Shown here one piece after another: positions 28,688-38,809 of a DNA stretch of 64,000 nt; positions within the stretch are counted from its first letter, which is position 1; each line of letters starts with the position of its first letter. Under the pieces are notes generated by a model, which had not been told where the DNA came from, did not search any database, and was given only the letters and a program-made list of their open reading frames with translations. The DNA is taken from the NCBI GenBank assembly GCA_965204375.1, contig OZ241986.1:768001-832000 (forward strand). The letters are read 5' to 3'. The stretch is from Candidatus Latescibacterota bacterium. GTDB taxonomy: Bacteria > Latescibacterota > UBA2968. Made by a program: the position numbers and the translations under genes.

Positions 28688-29983
28688 TTAACCGTCATCA
28701 CGACCATACGCACGCTCCCAAGCTTTCACCCGTTCAAACAACACGCCTATGCGTTCTTGATATCTTTTATCCCTAATCCGATTATAAAACTCCTTTGGAT
28801 CCTCCGATAGATCAAAATACTCTCCTGCCTTACTCTGATATACATTCAACTTTTCCGTTTCCGTCCGAATCATCTGGGTATCACCAATCTGACTGAATAC
28901 CGCGTCCCGCCAATCATCAGGGGCTGTCTCTCCATCCAGCAATGGTTTCAACGACCGTCCGTGTACAGAGTCGGGAACATCAGCTCCAATCAAATCACAA
29001 ATCGTCGGAAATAAATCAATATGTTCTACCAGTTCATCCCGCACCCCTGATTGACTTCTTGGATCAGAAATCAACAGCGGCACATGCGCCGAAGCCTCCC
29101 GCATATTAAACTTCAAAAACATCTCGTGTTCCCACATCTGGTCGCCGTGATCTGCTGTCCAGATCACAATCGTTTCGTCTCTGATACCCAACCGATCCAA
29201 CGCATCTAAAACCATCCCACAATACCCATCCACAAGCTCTATCATACCATAATACCCTGCGATTACCTGTCGCAGTTCCACAGGTGTCAAATGCGCCCAC
29301 TCTTTCCGTTTTCTCAAAATATCACTGTGGGGCAAGGGTGCATCAGCAGGTGCTTGCTCTGGTAATTCGATCTTTGACTGGTCGATCTTTTCATAAATCT
29401 CTTTGGGAGGATAAAACGGGGGATGAGGCTCTGTAAAACTCGTCCAGGATAGAAATTTCTCTCCTTTACTGACAGCCTCTTCAATCTGCCGAATTGACTC
29501 TGTCGCAACATGATATCCCCAATGCTGCTCCCGACTTCGCGGACTTGGTCCGCCAGATGACCGCCGCAACACGCCCTCATTTTCCCAATCGTATCGGGCC
29601 AGCATATCCTCAGGCATTGTCTCGCGCCACATCTGTTGTGTAATCTCTGGCTCATAGCCATTGTCCATATTGGGATCTTTCCAGTGCATATGGCCCAAGT
29701 GGAACCGACGATAATTCAAGGGTTGTACAGCGTGGGCAATTGTGTACATCCCCGAATAAGGCATTGCGTTATTGGTAAAGACGCCATGTGCATGGACATA
29801 TTTGCCAGTTGCCAAACTGTGCCGCGCTGGCGAACACACAGGCGACTGTGTATAACACTGGTCAAATCGCACACTCTTTTCAGCCAGGCGATCCAGATTG
29901 GGCGTATGAGCCAGTGGATTTCCCAGACATCCCAACGCATCAAATCTGTGATGATCACTCATCAAGACAAGTACATTCATCAA
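28688..29983 (-). CDS. Sulfatase (Cys-type, choline-sulfatase-like)
   Basis: CSPAR, PHPP, ADHG. Confidence 0.9.
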   Translation of the reverse strand: MMNVLVLMSDHHRFDALGCLGNPLAHTPNLDRLAEKSVRFDQCYTQSPVCSPARHSLATGKYVHAHGVFTNNAMPYSGMYTIAHAVQPLNYRRFHLGHMHWKDPNMDNGYEPEITQQMWRETMPEDMLARYDWENEGVLRRSSGGPSPRSREQHWGYHVATESIRQIEEAVSKGEKFLSWTSFTEPHPPFYPPKEIYEKIDQSKIELPEQAPADAPLPHSDILRKRKEWAHLTPVELRQVIAGYYGMIELVDGYCGMVLDALDRLGIRDETIVIWTADHGDQMWEHEMFLKFNMREASAHVPLLISDPRSQSGVRDELVEHIDLFPTICDLIGADVPDSVHGRSLKPLLDGETAPDDWRDAVFSQIGDTQMIRTETEKLNVYQSKAGEYFDLSEDPKEFYNRIRDKRYQERIGVLFERVKAWERAYGRDDG

Positions 29984-29998
29984 TAAATCTCCTTTTAA

Positions 29999-31246
29999 TC
30001 AACTCCTCGTTCGATTTCTCCATTGGTTCAGAGCGATGAGCATGCTGTCTCTGGTTTTGTCGTCCAGACTCTGAGCCAGGTTGTTGAGTTCATACGGGTC
30101 GTCCGCCAGATCAAAGCAATGCGTAATGTCATTCTCGTTCCGCTTTGTAATTAGCTTTACGTCGCCCCTGATAATGCAATCATCTTTGTGCTCGATGAAG
30201 ACATCGGTTGAGATATCTGGCTCTCCAGTCATGCAGGGTAGCAGAGAGCGGCCTTCAGTTTCTCCTGAATTTTCAGCATCGGCCAGATGGAGAATTGTGG
30301 CGAATAGATCTACTGTGGATACTGGTTTCTCAATAACGCGTTTTGTTGTTCCGGGTACTCGGATGAGCAGAGGTACGCGAATGGACTCATCGAACATGAC
30401 GCCTTTTCCGAACAGGCCATGACAACCGGCCATATCGCCATGGTCAGATGTGAAGATGACTACAGTATCATCTGCCAGTCCAGTCTTTTCCAGTGTTTTC
30501 AATACGCGGCCAAACGCGGTGTCCAACTGAGAGATTTCCCCGAAGTACCGCTTCCTGAATTCTTCAACACCGTAGTCCGCATTCCAGCCTGTGTTCTTGA
30601 ACCAGGCGTCGCGGTCTGTATTGGGAGGACTATCCAGTACGGACTTATCATATCGCTGCATGTCGGTCATCGGGGGGGAACATGGAGGGTGGGGTGCTTG
30701 ATACGATACTGCCATGAAGAATGGGGATTTCGGGGATGATAGCGCTTCCAGTTCTTCGCAGACAATATCTGTCAAGCCATCGGTTTCGTGCCCACGGAGC
30801 TTTACGGGGGTGTCGGGATCATCGTACCAGATTAGTCCGGCATTGTGATCTACATGATGGCTTTCCCACCCAATGAAGTGTTGAAAGCCTCCGCGCAGTT
30901 CTGGCGGGACCCATCTGTTCTGTGATTCACCGCTCAAATGCCATTTCCCGATATAGTGCGTGTCATAACCTGCCTGGTTCAGATGATGAGCAATGGTCGG
31001 CTGATTCACAGGGAGGCGCATACCATTCCCCGTAACGCTGGTCTGGCTCGGGTATTGACCGGTGAGCAGGCAAGCCCTGTATGGAGTGCATAGCGGTACA
31101 TTTGTATAGGCGCGATTGAATTGCGCGTTTTGTGTGGCAAATTGTGATAGGTTGGGGGCGTGAACTATATGGTTCCCGTAGAACGGCAACCATCTGGCGC
31201 TTAGCTGGTCGGGAAATATGAATAAGATGTTTGGTCTGTGGATCAT
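29999..31246 (-). CDS. Sulfatase (Cys-type)
   Basis: CTPYR, GKWHL, SDHG. Confidence 0.9.
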   Translation of the reverse strand: MIHRPNILFIFPDQLSARWLPFYGNHIVHAPNLSQFATQNAQFNRAYTNVPLCTPYRACLLTGQYPSQTSVTGNGMRLPVNQPTIAHHLNQAGYDTHYIGKWHLSGESQNRWVPPELRGGFQHFIGWESHHVDHNAGLIWYDDPDTPVKLRGHETDGLTDIVCEELEALSSPKSPFFMAVSYQAPHPPCSPPMTDMQRYDKSVLDSPPNTDRDAWFKNTGWNADYGVEEFRKRYFGEISQLDTAFGRVLKTLEKTGLADDTVVIFTSDHGDMAGCHGLFGKGVMFDESIRVPLLIRVPGTTKRVIEKPVSTVDLFATILHLADAENSGETEGRSLLPCMTGEPDISTDVFIEHKDDCIIRGDVKLITKRNENDITHCFDLADDPYELNNLAQSLDDKTRDSMLIALNQWRNRTRS

Positions 31247-31279
31247 GTGTTTGAGGTAGGGGAGAGGTCGATCCTTTTT

Positions 31280-33742
31280 TTAGTTGCTTTTGAAAGGGTC
31301 GCTCAAGACAACGAGGGTGATGAGGTCACGCAGGCCCTTATTTGTTTCCTGTACATCCTGGACTATTGCATCAATCGCTGGCCGATCAGAAATGCCCAAC
31401 TCTCGACCAATTGCATAAGTCAGCAATTTTTCTGTCAGACAACGCGTGAATTCTGCGTGACGCTTTGTCATGAGCTTGCGAAATTCGACGAAGGATTGAA
31501 AGGTTTCGCCACTCGGCAATTGTCCCGAAGGATCAATCGCTGCGCTTCTGGTATAGTGAGTTCGCCAACCGCCGATCGCATCAAAGTTTTCCAGCGCAAA
31601 ACCAGGCGGATCGATTTTGCTATGACATTGGGCGCAGGTCGGCATCTCGCGGTGCTTGACCAGTTGATCTCTGATGGTCGTTGCGCCGCGCGTGTCGGGT
31701 TCAATCTCGGGCACATCGTCCGGTGGTGGCGGCGGTGTGTATCCCAGCAAATTTTCCAGCACATAAATTCCACGCACCACAGGCGAAGTATCTACGCCAT
31801 TGGCCGAAGCCATGAGAAAACTGCCCTGGCCCAGCAGACCGCCGCGTGGTGTCCCGGTGAGCGGAACCCGGCGAAAATGATCTCCCTCAATATCTTCTAT
31901 CCCATAATGCCGAGCGAGTTCCCGATTGAGAAAGGAATAATCAGCAGAAAGAAATTCGCTGAGCGAGAGATTGTTGTCGAGTACGTGCCGAAAAAACGTC
32001 TCTGTTTCAGTCACCATAGCAGGACCGAGATTGTCGCGGAAATAGACTCTAAAATCGGGGGAGGGTGGCATCTCACCAATGTTGTCATAGTTGAGCCACA
32101 CACGAATGAAATTTTTGACAAAGCGTTGTGACTTTGTGTCTTTGAGCATACGATGGATCTGATTATTGAGTGTAGCAGGATCGCTGAGTTTCTTTTGTTG
32201 AGCAAGTGATAGCAGTTCATCATCTGGCGCAGAAGACCACAAAAAATAGGATAGCCGGGCAGATAGAGAATAATCATCCAGAGCGCCTTCGCCTTCGTGC
32301 AAAAATAGAAAGGCAGGCGAACTGAGAATGGCCTGGAAGCCCAGTTGTAATGCGTTCAACGGCTCCATGCCATTGCGGAGTTTTTCATGTGCAAGCGACT
32401 CAAATGGTGCCAGTTCGCCCGGGCGCAAGGGCCTGCGAAAAGCGGCTGTGGCAAATGCACGCAAACGCTCCGATATGCGCTTTTGATCCAGATCCTCGGG
32501 TTTTAGGTCGCCATACATCAACTGATGTCCGCGTGGAGGCCAGTCTTTTTCTTGAGGACCGCTAACCTGAATTTCCCAAACCCTTAGCTTCGGCCCGAGG
32601 TAAACCTTGAGCAGCGCGTGATTTCTTTTATTTCCCGCTTTCTGATCCACAAAGGGTAGGATTTCGGGTTTTGGATCTTTTGCCTTAGTAAGTTTGCGAA
32701 CCAGGGCTTTGGTTGCCAGCGTTCCATTGCGAAAACGAACCTCTGGCTCAAATCCTTTTTCCAGATAAACATCCCATTCAAACCACTGAGGCTCTTCACG
32801 GGTCAGTTCAACAGTTGCAAGCGTGTATTCGCGAGAAATATTGCCCGTGCTCTGCACACTGCCTTTGCGGTCTACAGCCGCCAGTTCCAGCACAAGCGGG
32901 TCGCCTTTGGGAAAATCGTTGAGTTCTCTGTCATAATGGTGATTGCGATCAATTGCTGCCGCCTGCACCCTTATGGTGTAGGTACCACTGACAGGGGCGC
33001 CACCATTCGCCAGCGGATAAAAGCCAATATGACCACCGCGATAGTGCCGTCCAGTGAGATCATCGTATCCCGTATCGGACACATACCGAAAGCGGTCCTC
33101 TCTAAAAACCTTGGGCAAGGACAAGGAATTGGCCTGTTTGTTTGTAAAATAGAAAGGTGATTTTTGCACGTAATTTTTGGCTTCGGGTCTGGCTTCAAAA
33201 TGCGTGGCACGCGTGACTGCTTCTTCGGCAACACGCAAATAGTGATCGAGCAACAGACCCGATGTGACAAGCCCGGCGGCATTGTTATCAAAGCCCTTGA
33301 CCTTCACTTCGGGCGGAAAATCCTCCGTTGGATCCCAGGCTTCCATATTCAGACCGAGTAAATCACCGAGTGTCTGGCGATATTCCCAGGCATTGAGCCG
33401 CCTCAAAGGTGTGTGATGTCTTTTGCCCGACAATCGCATACGCGCTTCAGCAATTGATGCTGTAATTACCTGAACCGTGGCGAGTACCTCATCTTTACCC
33501 GGCTGCATCTGACGCTTTGGTGGCATCGCCTGCAGGTTGAGTTGATCGACAATATCCTGCCAGAGTTCTAATTCTTTGAAGTTGGCAATTGTCTCAGAAA
33601 ACTGATCAAAGCGTCGATCGGCTTTTTGCACGCTTGAACCATGGCACTTTACGCAATATTGTGTGAGAAATGCCCTGGGCAGTTCTGCCCAGACAGAATG
33701 CGCGCATAGCGTGAAGATAATAATCAGCAAGATCCGTTTCAT
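31280..33742 (-). CDS. DUF1592/DUF1588-type planctomycete cytochrome c-like protein
   Basis: Two CxxCH motifs (CVKCH, CAQCH), LRRLN..EY, RLSYFLWSS.PD, TSPVVRG, GFALENFD. Confidence 0.88.
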   Translation of the reverse strand: MKRILLIIIFTLCAHSVWAELPRAFLTQYCVKCHGSSVQKADRRFDQFSETIANFKELELWQDIVDQLNLQAMPPKRQMQPGKDEVLATVQVITASIAEARMRLSGKRHHTPLRRLNAWEYRQTLGDLLGLNMEAWDPTEDFPPEVKVKGFDNNAAGLVTSGLLLDHYLRVAEEAVTRATHFEARPEAKNYVQKSPFYFTNKQANSLSLPKVFREDRFRYVSDTGYDDLTGRHYRGGHIGFYPLANGGAPVSGTYTIRVQAAAIDRNHHYDRELNDFPKGDPLVLELAAVDRKGSVQSTGNISREYTLATVELTREEPQWFEWDVYLEKGFEPEVRFRNGTLATKALVRKLTKAKDPKPEILPFVDQKAGNKRNHALLKVYLGPKLRVWEIQVSGPQEKDWPPRGHQLMYGDLKPEDLDQKRISERLRAFATAAFRRPLRPGELAPFESLAHEKLRNGMEPLNALQLGFQAILSSPAFLFLHEGEGALDDYSLSARLSYFLWSSAPDDELLSLAQQKKLSDPATLNNQIHRMLKDTKSQRFVKNFIRVWLNYDNIGEMPPSPDFRVYFRDNLGPAMVTETETFFRHVLDNNLSLSEFLSADYSFLNRELARHYGIEDIEGDHFRRVPLTGTPRGGLLGQGSFLMASANGVDTSPVVRGIYVLENLLGYTPPPPPDDVPEIEPDTRGATTIRDQLVKHREMPTCAQCHSKIDPPGFALENFDAIGGWRTHYTRSAAIDPSGQLPSGETFQSFVEFRKLMTKRHAEFTRCLTEKLLTYAIGRELGISDRPAIDAIVQDVQETNKGLRDLITLVVLSDPFKSN

Positions 33743-34992
33743 GAAATCTCCATCGCAGAAAAGGTCCCTGTACTTTTGCCAAAGCTATCTCGCTCTACAC
33801 CAAACCACTGCAAGACGGAAAGCCAGAGATTTGACAACGGAATCCGCTTGTGTGTCTCAGCAGGACACATGAGATGCCCTTGATGTTTCAAACCGCCCCC
33901 CGCGAGAATTACTGGCAAATTCCTATTGGAATGCCTTGAGCCATCGCCCATGCCACTTCCCAGAACGACCAATGTGTCGTCAAACACCTTGGCTTCTTTG
34001 AGACGATCCAGAAACCGAGCAAACTGGGTCAATAAATATTTTTCCACAATCTGCAGGTCTTTCAATCGTCCCTCCTCCTGGCCGTGATGCGAAAGGCCGT
34101 GATATCCACCAAGGTTGAGTTCGGACGTCTTAAAGCCCATGGGGATTTCAAAGGTCACAACCCGTGTCGAGTCTGTCTGTAATGCCAGTGTTAGCAGATC
34201 GTAAAAAAGCGGCATTTCCTCAATTTGCATCCGTTCGAGGTCTTCCACAGGTTCAATTGGAGATTCTGGCTTGGGTTTGTCGAGCCATTCACGTGACATT
34301 TGCAGGCGACGCTCAACATCGCGCACCGAAGTCAGGTATTGATCGAGCTTACCGCGATCCGCCGCATTCAACTGCCCGTCGAGTGTCTTTGCCGACGCGA
34401 GTAAGGCGTCAAGCACACTGCCCCGATTTGATAACGTGCGACGCTCTGCGCTTCGCATAGCCTCATCATTTTGTACAAACAAAGCCTGAAAAATGCGGGC
34501 GGGATTGTTAACCGGTGCCACATTGACGCCTGACCGCGTCCATACCATGTCTGTGCCTCCGCCCAGCCCTGCAGTAATCGAGGGAAAGCGCGTTGTACTG
34601 CCCACATGCTCAGCCGCCACCTGGTCCAGCGTCATATTCTTTTCGGGGAAACCTGCGGCTTCTTCCTTGCGTATGCTGCTCAGAAATACATGTACGCCGG
34701 AGTGCCCTCCGCCCGTACCGTGATCGAGATTTGAAAAGATAGTAAAATCATCCCGATGTGAATCGATATATTTCAAGCTCAGGCTCGTCTCATAGTCCTT
34801 TCCAGACTGCCCGGGGAAAAATCCGCCTGGCCAAAATCCCAGATGATTGCCCACGCAGACCAGACGCCTCGGATTTGCCGCACCGTACACCATGCTGCTT
34901 TCTAAGAAGGGCAGAGATAGTGCCACGCCTGCGCCCTGTAAGAAATGCCGACGATTAACCCTCGCTTGTAAAAGTTCAGAAATGACGTTCAT
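33739..34992 (-). CDS. DUF1552-type Tat-exported protein
   Basis: RRHFLQGAGVALSLPFLES, YLTSVRDVERR, YHGLSHH. Confidence 0.88.
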   Translation of the reverse strand: MNVISELLQARVNRRHFLQGAGVALSLPFLESSMVYGAANPRRLVCVGNHLGFWPGGFFPGQSGKDYETSLSLKYIDSHRDDFTIFSNLDHGTGGGHSGVHVFLSSIRKEEAAGFPEKNMTLDQVAAEHVGSTTRFPSITAGLGGGTDMVWTRSGVNVAPVNNPARIFQALFVQNDEAMRSAERRTLSNRGSVLDALLASAKTLDGQLNAADRGKLDQYLTSVRDVERRLQMSREWLDKPKPESPIEPVEDLERMQIEEMPLFYDLLTLALQTDSTRVVTFEIPMGFKTSELNLGGYHGLSHHGQEEGRLKDLQIVEKYLLTQFARFLDRLKEAKVFDDTLVVLGSGMGDGSRHSNRNLPVILAGGGLKHQGHLMCPAETHKRIPLSNLWLSVLQWFGVERDSFGKSTGTFSAMEIS

Positions 34993-35042
34993 GCCTTATC
35001 CTTTTCTATATAAGTTGGAATCTCGATGATAAAACCCGTTCT

Positions 35043-35072
35043 AATATAGCAGACACCAAAGTCTTTTGTCAA
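35043..35072 (-). promoter_or_regulatory. Sigma70-like promoter of the DUF1552/DUF1592 pair
   Basis: TTGACA-18bp-TATATT with an extended TG. Confidence 0.5.
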
Positions 35073-35074
35073 GG

Positions 35075-35689
35075 TCAGCCTCTTTGAAGAAGACCCAGAT
35101 GATTCAGCTTCTGCCGAAGACCGTCGGCTCCAGCATAAGTGTGTCCGGCTATACCCAATCGCATTGCCGCTGCCACATGCCCGGCGTTGTCGTCTATGAA
35201 CAGAGCCTGACCCGGAACTGCGCCTACGGTATTTAGGGTTGCGAAGTAGATGCTGGGATCGGGTTTTGCGAATCCCACTTCTGAGGAGTTGATGATGTAG
35301 TCGAAATTTTCGGCGATGCCGAGTCGCCGAAGATCTGAGGATAGTCTCGATGTCGCATTGCTGATGAGGACTAACCTCGCCCTTTTTCGACAAGTCTGCA
35401 AGATCTCCAGGACCTCCAAATTGACCTCTCCTGGCGATGCGGACCAGAGTTCAACCGCACGCTCCGCGTTGGCTTCTGGAAAGTCTTGGCTGAGCTGGTC
35501 CGCAATTCTCCTACGCCACTCATCGTCAGAGATTTTTCCAGTGATCACCAGGGGGAGTAAGTCATCTGAGAATGCAGCCCTGGGGATGGCTTCCTCGGGA
35601 AGCCCGGTTGCTCGCTCCGCCTTCCGATGTATTTCAGGGGACCAGATCCGAATTACCCCATCAAGGTCTGTCAAGATTGCGTTTGTCAT
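35075..35689 (-). CDS. HAD-superfamily hydrolase
   Basis: DLDGV, SN, KPD, FIDD motifs. Confidence 0.88.
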   Translation of the reverse strand: MTNAILTDLDGVIRIWSPEIHRKAERATGLPEEAIPRAAFSDDLLPLVITGKISDDEWRRRIADQLSQDFPEANAERAVELWSASPGEVNLEVLEILQTCRKRARLVLISNATSRLSSDLRRLGIAENFDYIINSSEVGFAKPDPSIYFATLNTVGAVPGQALFIDDNAGHVAAAMRLGIAGHTYAGADGLRQKLNHLGLLQRG

Positions 35690-35747
35690 TTGAATTTTAC
35701 GTTTCTTTGAGTGTTTTTCTGCGTTTTTTTACACACTATGCGTGCTG

Positions 35748-36554
35748 TCACTTATCCTCATTTTTGGTAGCAACGAAGATCATCTCTTTTTCGTGTTCAG
35801 AATTCAGGCCCTCGTCTGTCCAATCGCCTTTGACATCGACATCTTGAAAGCCTGCCAATTCCAGCATCCAAATCAGTTCATTTCGATGGTACCAGTGCGT
35901 CTGCCCGGTGTGAATCTCCTCCTTTATGAGACGATCGCCTTCGTATAGTTCATATCGCCGTTCTCGGACAGCATATTGCTCCACCGTATCTTCAAAAATC
36001 TTGTGGTGGTAAACCAGCAGACGCTTTCCGTTCTCAAGCTCCTTGTTGGCGATCTGTTTCCACTCGCCAGGCCACGCGTGAATCTCTTTGGGCCCCCAAT
36101 AATAAAAACTATGGGCTGGGGCAACATTAAAGGCGAGAATCCCACCAGGCTCCAAATGAGCGTGGCATCGGCGGAGCGTTTCCAATGCAGACCGCCGCCC
36201 CATTACACACTGGAAACCACCGCACGGGATATAGATGGCATTAAATCGATCTGGGAGATCCAACTGCTGCATCTGCTGCTCGTAGAGCACGGGGTCCAAC
36301 CCCATCGTGTTCGCATGCTGGCGACACACAGATAGCATATCGCCCGAAATGTCCACCCCCTGTACATCAAATCCTTCTTGCAAAAAGTCCAGTAGTAACC
36401 TCCCCGCTCCGCATCCCAGTTCCAGGGCCTTACTTCCAGCTTTCTCAAGGATGCCTTTGTAGAATGACTTGTCTATGCGGGGGTCTGACGTCGATATCGT
36501 AGCCCAATGAAGTGCGGAGAGTCCAGTATATAGATCTCGTTCATCGAATTTCAT
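35748..36554 (-). CDS. Class I SAM-dependent methyltransferase
   Basis: LELGCGAGR, LEPGG. Confidence 0.88.
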   Translation of the reverse strand: MKFDERDLYTGLSALHWATISTSDPRIDKSFYKGILEKAGSKALELGCGAGRLLLDFLQEGFDVQGVDISGDMLSVCRQHANTMGLDPVLYEQQMQQLDLPDRFNAIYIPCGGFQCVMGRRSALETLRRCHAHLEPGGILAFNVAPAHSFYYWGPKEIHAWPGEWKQIANKELENGKRLLVYHHKIFEDTVEQYAVRERRYELYEGDRLIKEEIHTGQTHWYHRNELIWMLELAGFQDVDVKGDWTDEGLNSEHEKEMIFVATKNEDK

Positions 36555-36666
36555 GAAAATATTCTCCAAAATGTTTAAAGGTTTACCAATGATTTAGCCT
36601 ATAAAACACTTTAAGGGATGCATTTTGGAGGAGGCAAGAGGTGTCAGCTTTTGCCGAACTTCCATT

Positions 36667-37365
36667 TCACAAAAGATTCCCTTGCGCGCGGGAGTTGTGA
36701 CCTATCACCGTGATCGGCTCGGTCATTCCTATACAGACATTGCCACTCACGAGGTTCCAGTCACTGTGGCCACTTTCGACGATGCCTCGCGTCTGGCACG
36801 GTGTGTCCCCTCCAACCGTCGGAGATTTGTCAACATCATCGGCGCAACGGTTACCCTGGACAAGAAACCTGTTGGCATTGTGCAGGCGCAGGGCGGGATA
36901 AGCTCCTGGCTTCTTCCAGGAATTGCTACGGAGGATGTTCCCGACGGTCTGGGCTCCCTCTTTCACCCTCAGTCCTCTGTTCAGTGGCTCGCTCAAGCGA
37001 ACGAGGTTGCCCTTCACCGATCTCACCAGCGCGTGGGTGCCATCCCACCATTGGCGAGGTCGGTCGTTCAGCCCGACGCCATCGTCTGCTATGAAGGGCA
37101 CTTGCCCACGCAAGTAGATGCTGCGGGATCCCTTGCGTGCATCTCGAATCAGGAACAGCGCCCTGGGTGCAGCGATCGTCAGTTCAGTAGCTGATCCATC
37201 GCCAATGAGGGTCACGCCACTTCGGAGGATAATCGACTGACGTAGCCGCCATTTGCCTACCGGAATTCGTACGCTCCCACCTTGCTCGCCAAGGGCGTCA
37301 ATCGCCTCCTGAATCCCCGAAGTAGCCGAATCCCGATCGAGAGATGCCGTGATTATTTCGCTCAT
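36667..37365 (-). CDS. Right-handed beta-helix protein, probably internally deleted
   Basis: GIQEAIDAL..GGSVRIP.G.W.L N-terminus abruptly followed by C-terminal VxGN repeats. Confidence 0.55.
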   Translation of the reverse strand: MSEIITASLDRDSATSGIQEAIDALGEQGGSVRIPVGKWRLRQSIILRSGVTLIGDGSATELTIAAPRALFLIRDARKGSRSIYLRGQVPFIADDGVGLNDRPRQWWDGTHALVRSVKGNLVRLSEPLNRGLRVKEGAQTVGNILRSNSWKKPGAYPALRLHNANRFLVQGNRCADDVDKSPTVGGDTPCQTRGIVESGHSDWNLVSGNVCIGMTEPITVIGHNSRAQGNLL

Positions 37366-37390
37366 AGTAAGATCGAAAGGACTGACTTGC

Positions 37391-38653
37391 CTATTCTGTC
37401 ACAACCGCTTCGGGTGAGACACGAACTGATGACAATATCAAGTAGGTAAAGGCCATCATCATTACGGTAGCTGAAATCAATAGTGTTGCCTCCCAGCCAA
37501 AAGTTTCACCAAGGTAGCCACCTGCCAATGCTGCAATCGGAATTATTCCGAATACGACAAGACGCCTGGTGGCATTGATTCTACCTAACAGTCTATCTGG
37601 AGTCACTGCTTGCCTCAGGCTAATCTGGCTTATGCTGAAGAGGGTCAAGGCCAGGCTAAAGACTGCCTGGATAGCAATGACGGCTGGGAGCTTCATCCAA
37701 CCGAAGGAGCCTGCGAAAGGAAGCACGCCCATCGCAATGCCCTCAAGTAGCAACGCAATAATCATCAACCAGCCTGCACCCATCCGCTTTGCAAGTGGAA
37801 CAGCGGATAGGGCCCCGATAATCGAGGCACCTCCTGCAACAGATCCGATGATTCCCAGCCAGATCGGAGTAATGCCCAGGGTGCGAACAAGAAAAAGTGT
37901 CCAAACTGTATGTTGTACAGCACCTGCTGCACTTGCGAGAGCGGTCCCGACAGTCATGGCTCTCAGAATAGGGTGACTAAATAGAGTCGATATTCCCTCC
38001 TTAATGGCAGCTATCACCCTTTGGTCCATCCTGGTCCTGATATTATCAGATTCATCAAATTGGATCCTCAATAGGAATAGACCAGATAAGAAGTACGAAA
38101 TTGAGTCCACAAGTATTGCCAACGGCGCACCGAGAATATCGACAAGGTATCCAGCTGCTCCGGGGCCTGCTACATTCGTTGTTGAAGTGCTTAGCTGAAG
38201 TCGAGCATTCCCCTCGACAAGATCTTCCCGTTTCACGATGGAAGGCAAAAACGATGTTGAGGCAAGGACGTACATCATCGCGAGTGTACCACCTGTAAAA
38301 GCCACAATATATAGCAACTCTATGGATAGCCAGCCAACCAAAGCTGCTGCGGGGACCAGACCTATGACCAATCCTTGTCCAAACGCACTCGCGACCAGTA
38401 TGGGCTTTCGTTTGGCCCGATCAATCCAGACGCCAGCCAAGAGTGCGAAGAGCAGCACTGGAAGATGCGTTGCCGCGTTGAGGAATCCCATTTCCTTCGC
38501 GCCAACCTGAAGCGTTATCACCGCAACAAGGGGGAGAGCGAGATTGGTGACAGATGAGCCGAGATCTGAAATCGTGACGCCGCCCCAGAGCTTTGCAAAG
38601 TCAGAATTGGAGCGTGCCAGCCGAAAGAGGCCGCCCTCAGATGCTCTAAGCAT
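37391..38653 (-). CDS. MFS transporter (EntS/MefA-like)
   Basis: About 12 TM segments, GVWIDRAKRK, RQAVTPDRLLGR. Confidence 0.88.
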   Translation of the reverse strand: MLRASEGGLFRLARSNSDFAKLWGGVTISDLGSSVTNLALPLVAVITLQVGAKEMGFLNAATHLPVLLFALLAGVWIDRAKRKPILVASAFGQGLVIGLVPAAALVGWLSIELLYIVAFTGGTLAMMYVLASTSFLPSIVKREDLVEGNARLQLSTSTTNVAGPGAAGYLVDILGAPLAILVDSISYFLSGLFLLRIQFDESDNIRTRMDQRVIAAIKEGISTLFSHPILRAMTVGTALASAAGAVQHTVWTLFLVRTLGITPIWLGIIGSVAGGASIIGALSAVPLAKRMGAGWLMIIALLLEGIAMGVLPFAGSFGWMKLPAVIAIQAVFSLALTLFSISQISLRQAVTPDRLLGRINATRRLVVFGIIPIAALAGGYLGETFGWEATLLISATVMMMAFTYLILSSVRVSPEAVVTE

Positions 38654-38809
38654 TCAAGATCTCCTCGGGGAATCTCAGTAGTTCAGGAGTGACAGCAAGC
38701 CGCTCGCGAAATTCCCACATGTCAAGCTTCTGTACTGAAGCAGATTGCACTCATAGCGTTTTCTTTTTTCATGAATCCATATTGTCGCGACAGGTTGATC
38801 TCTTCAATT

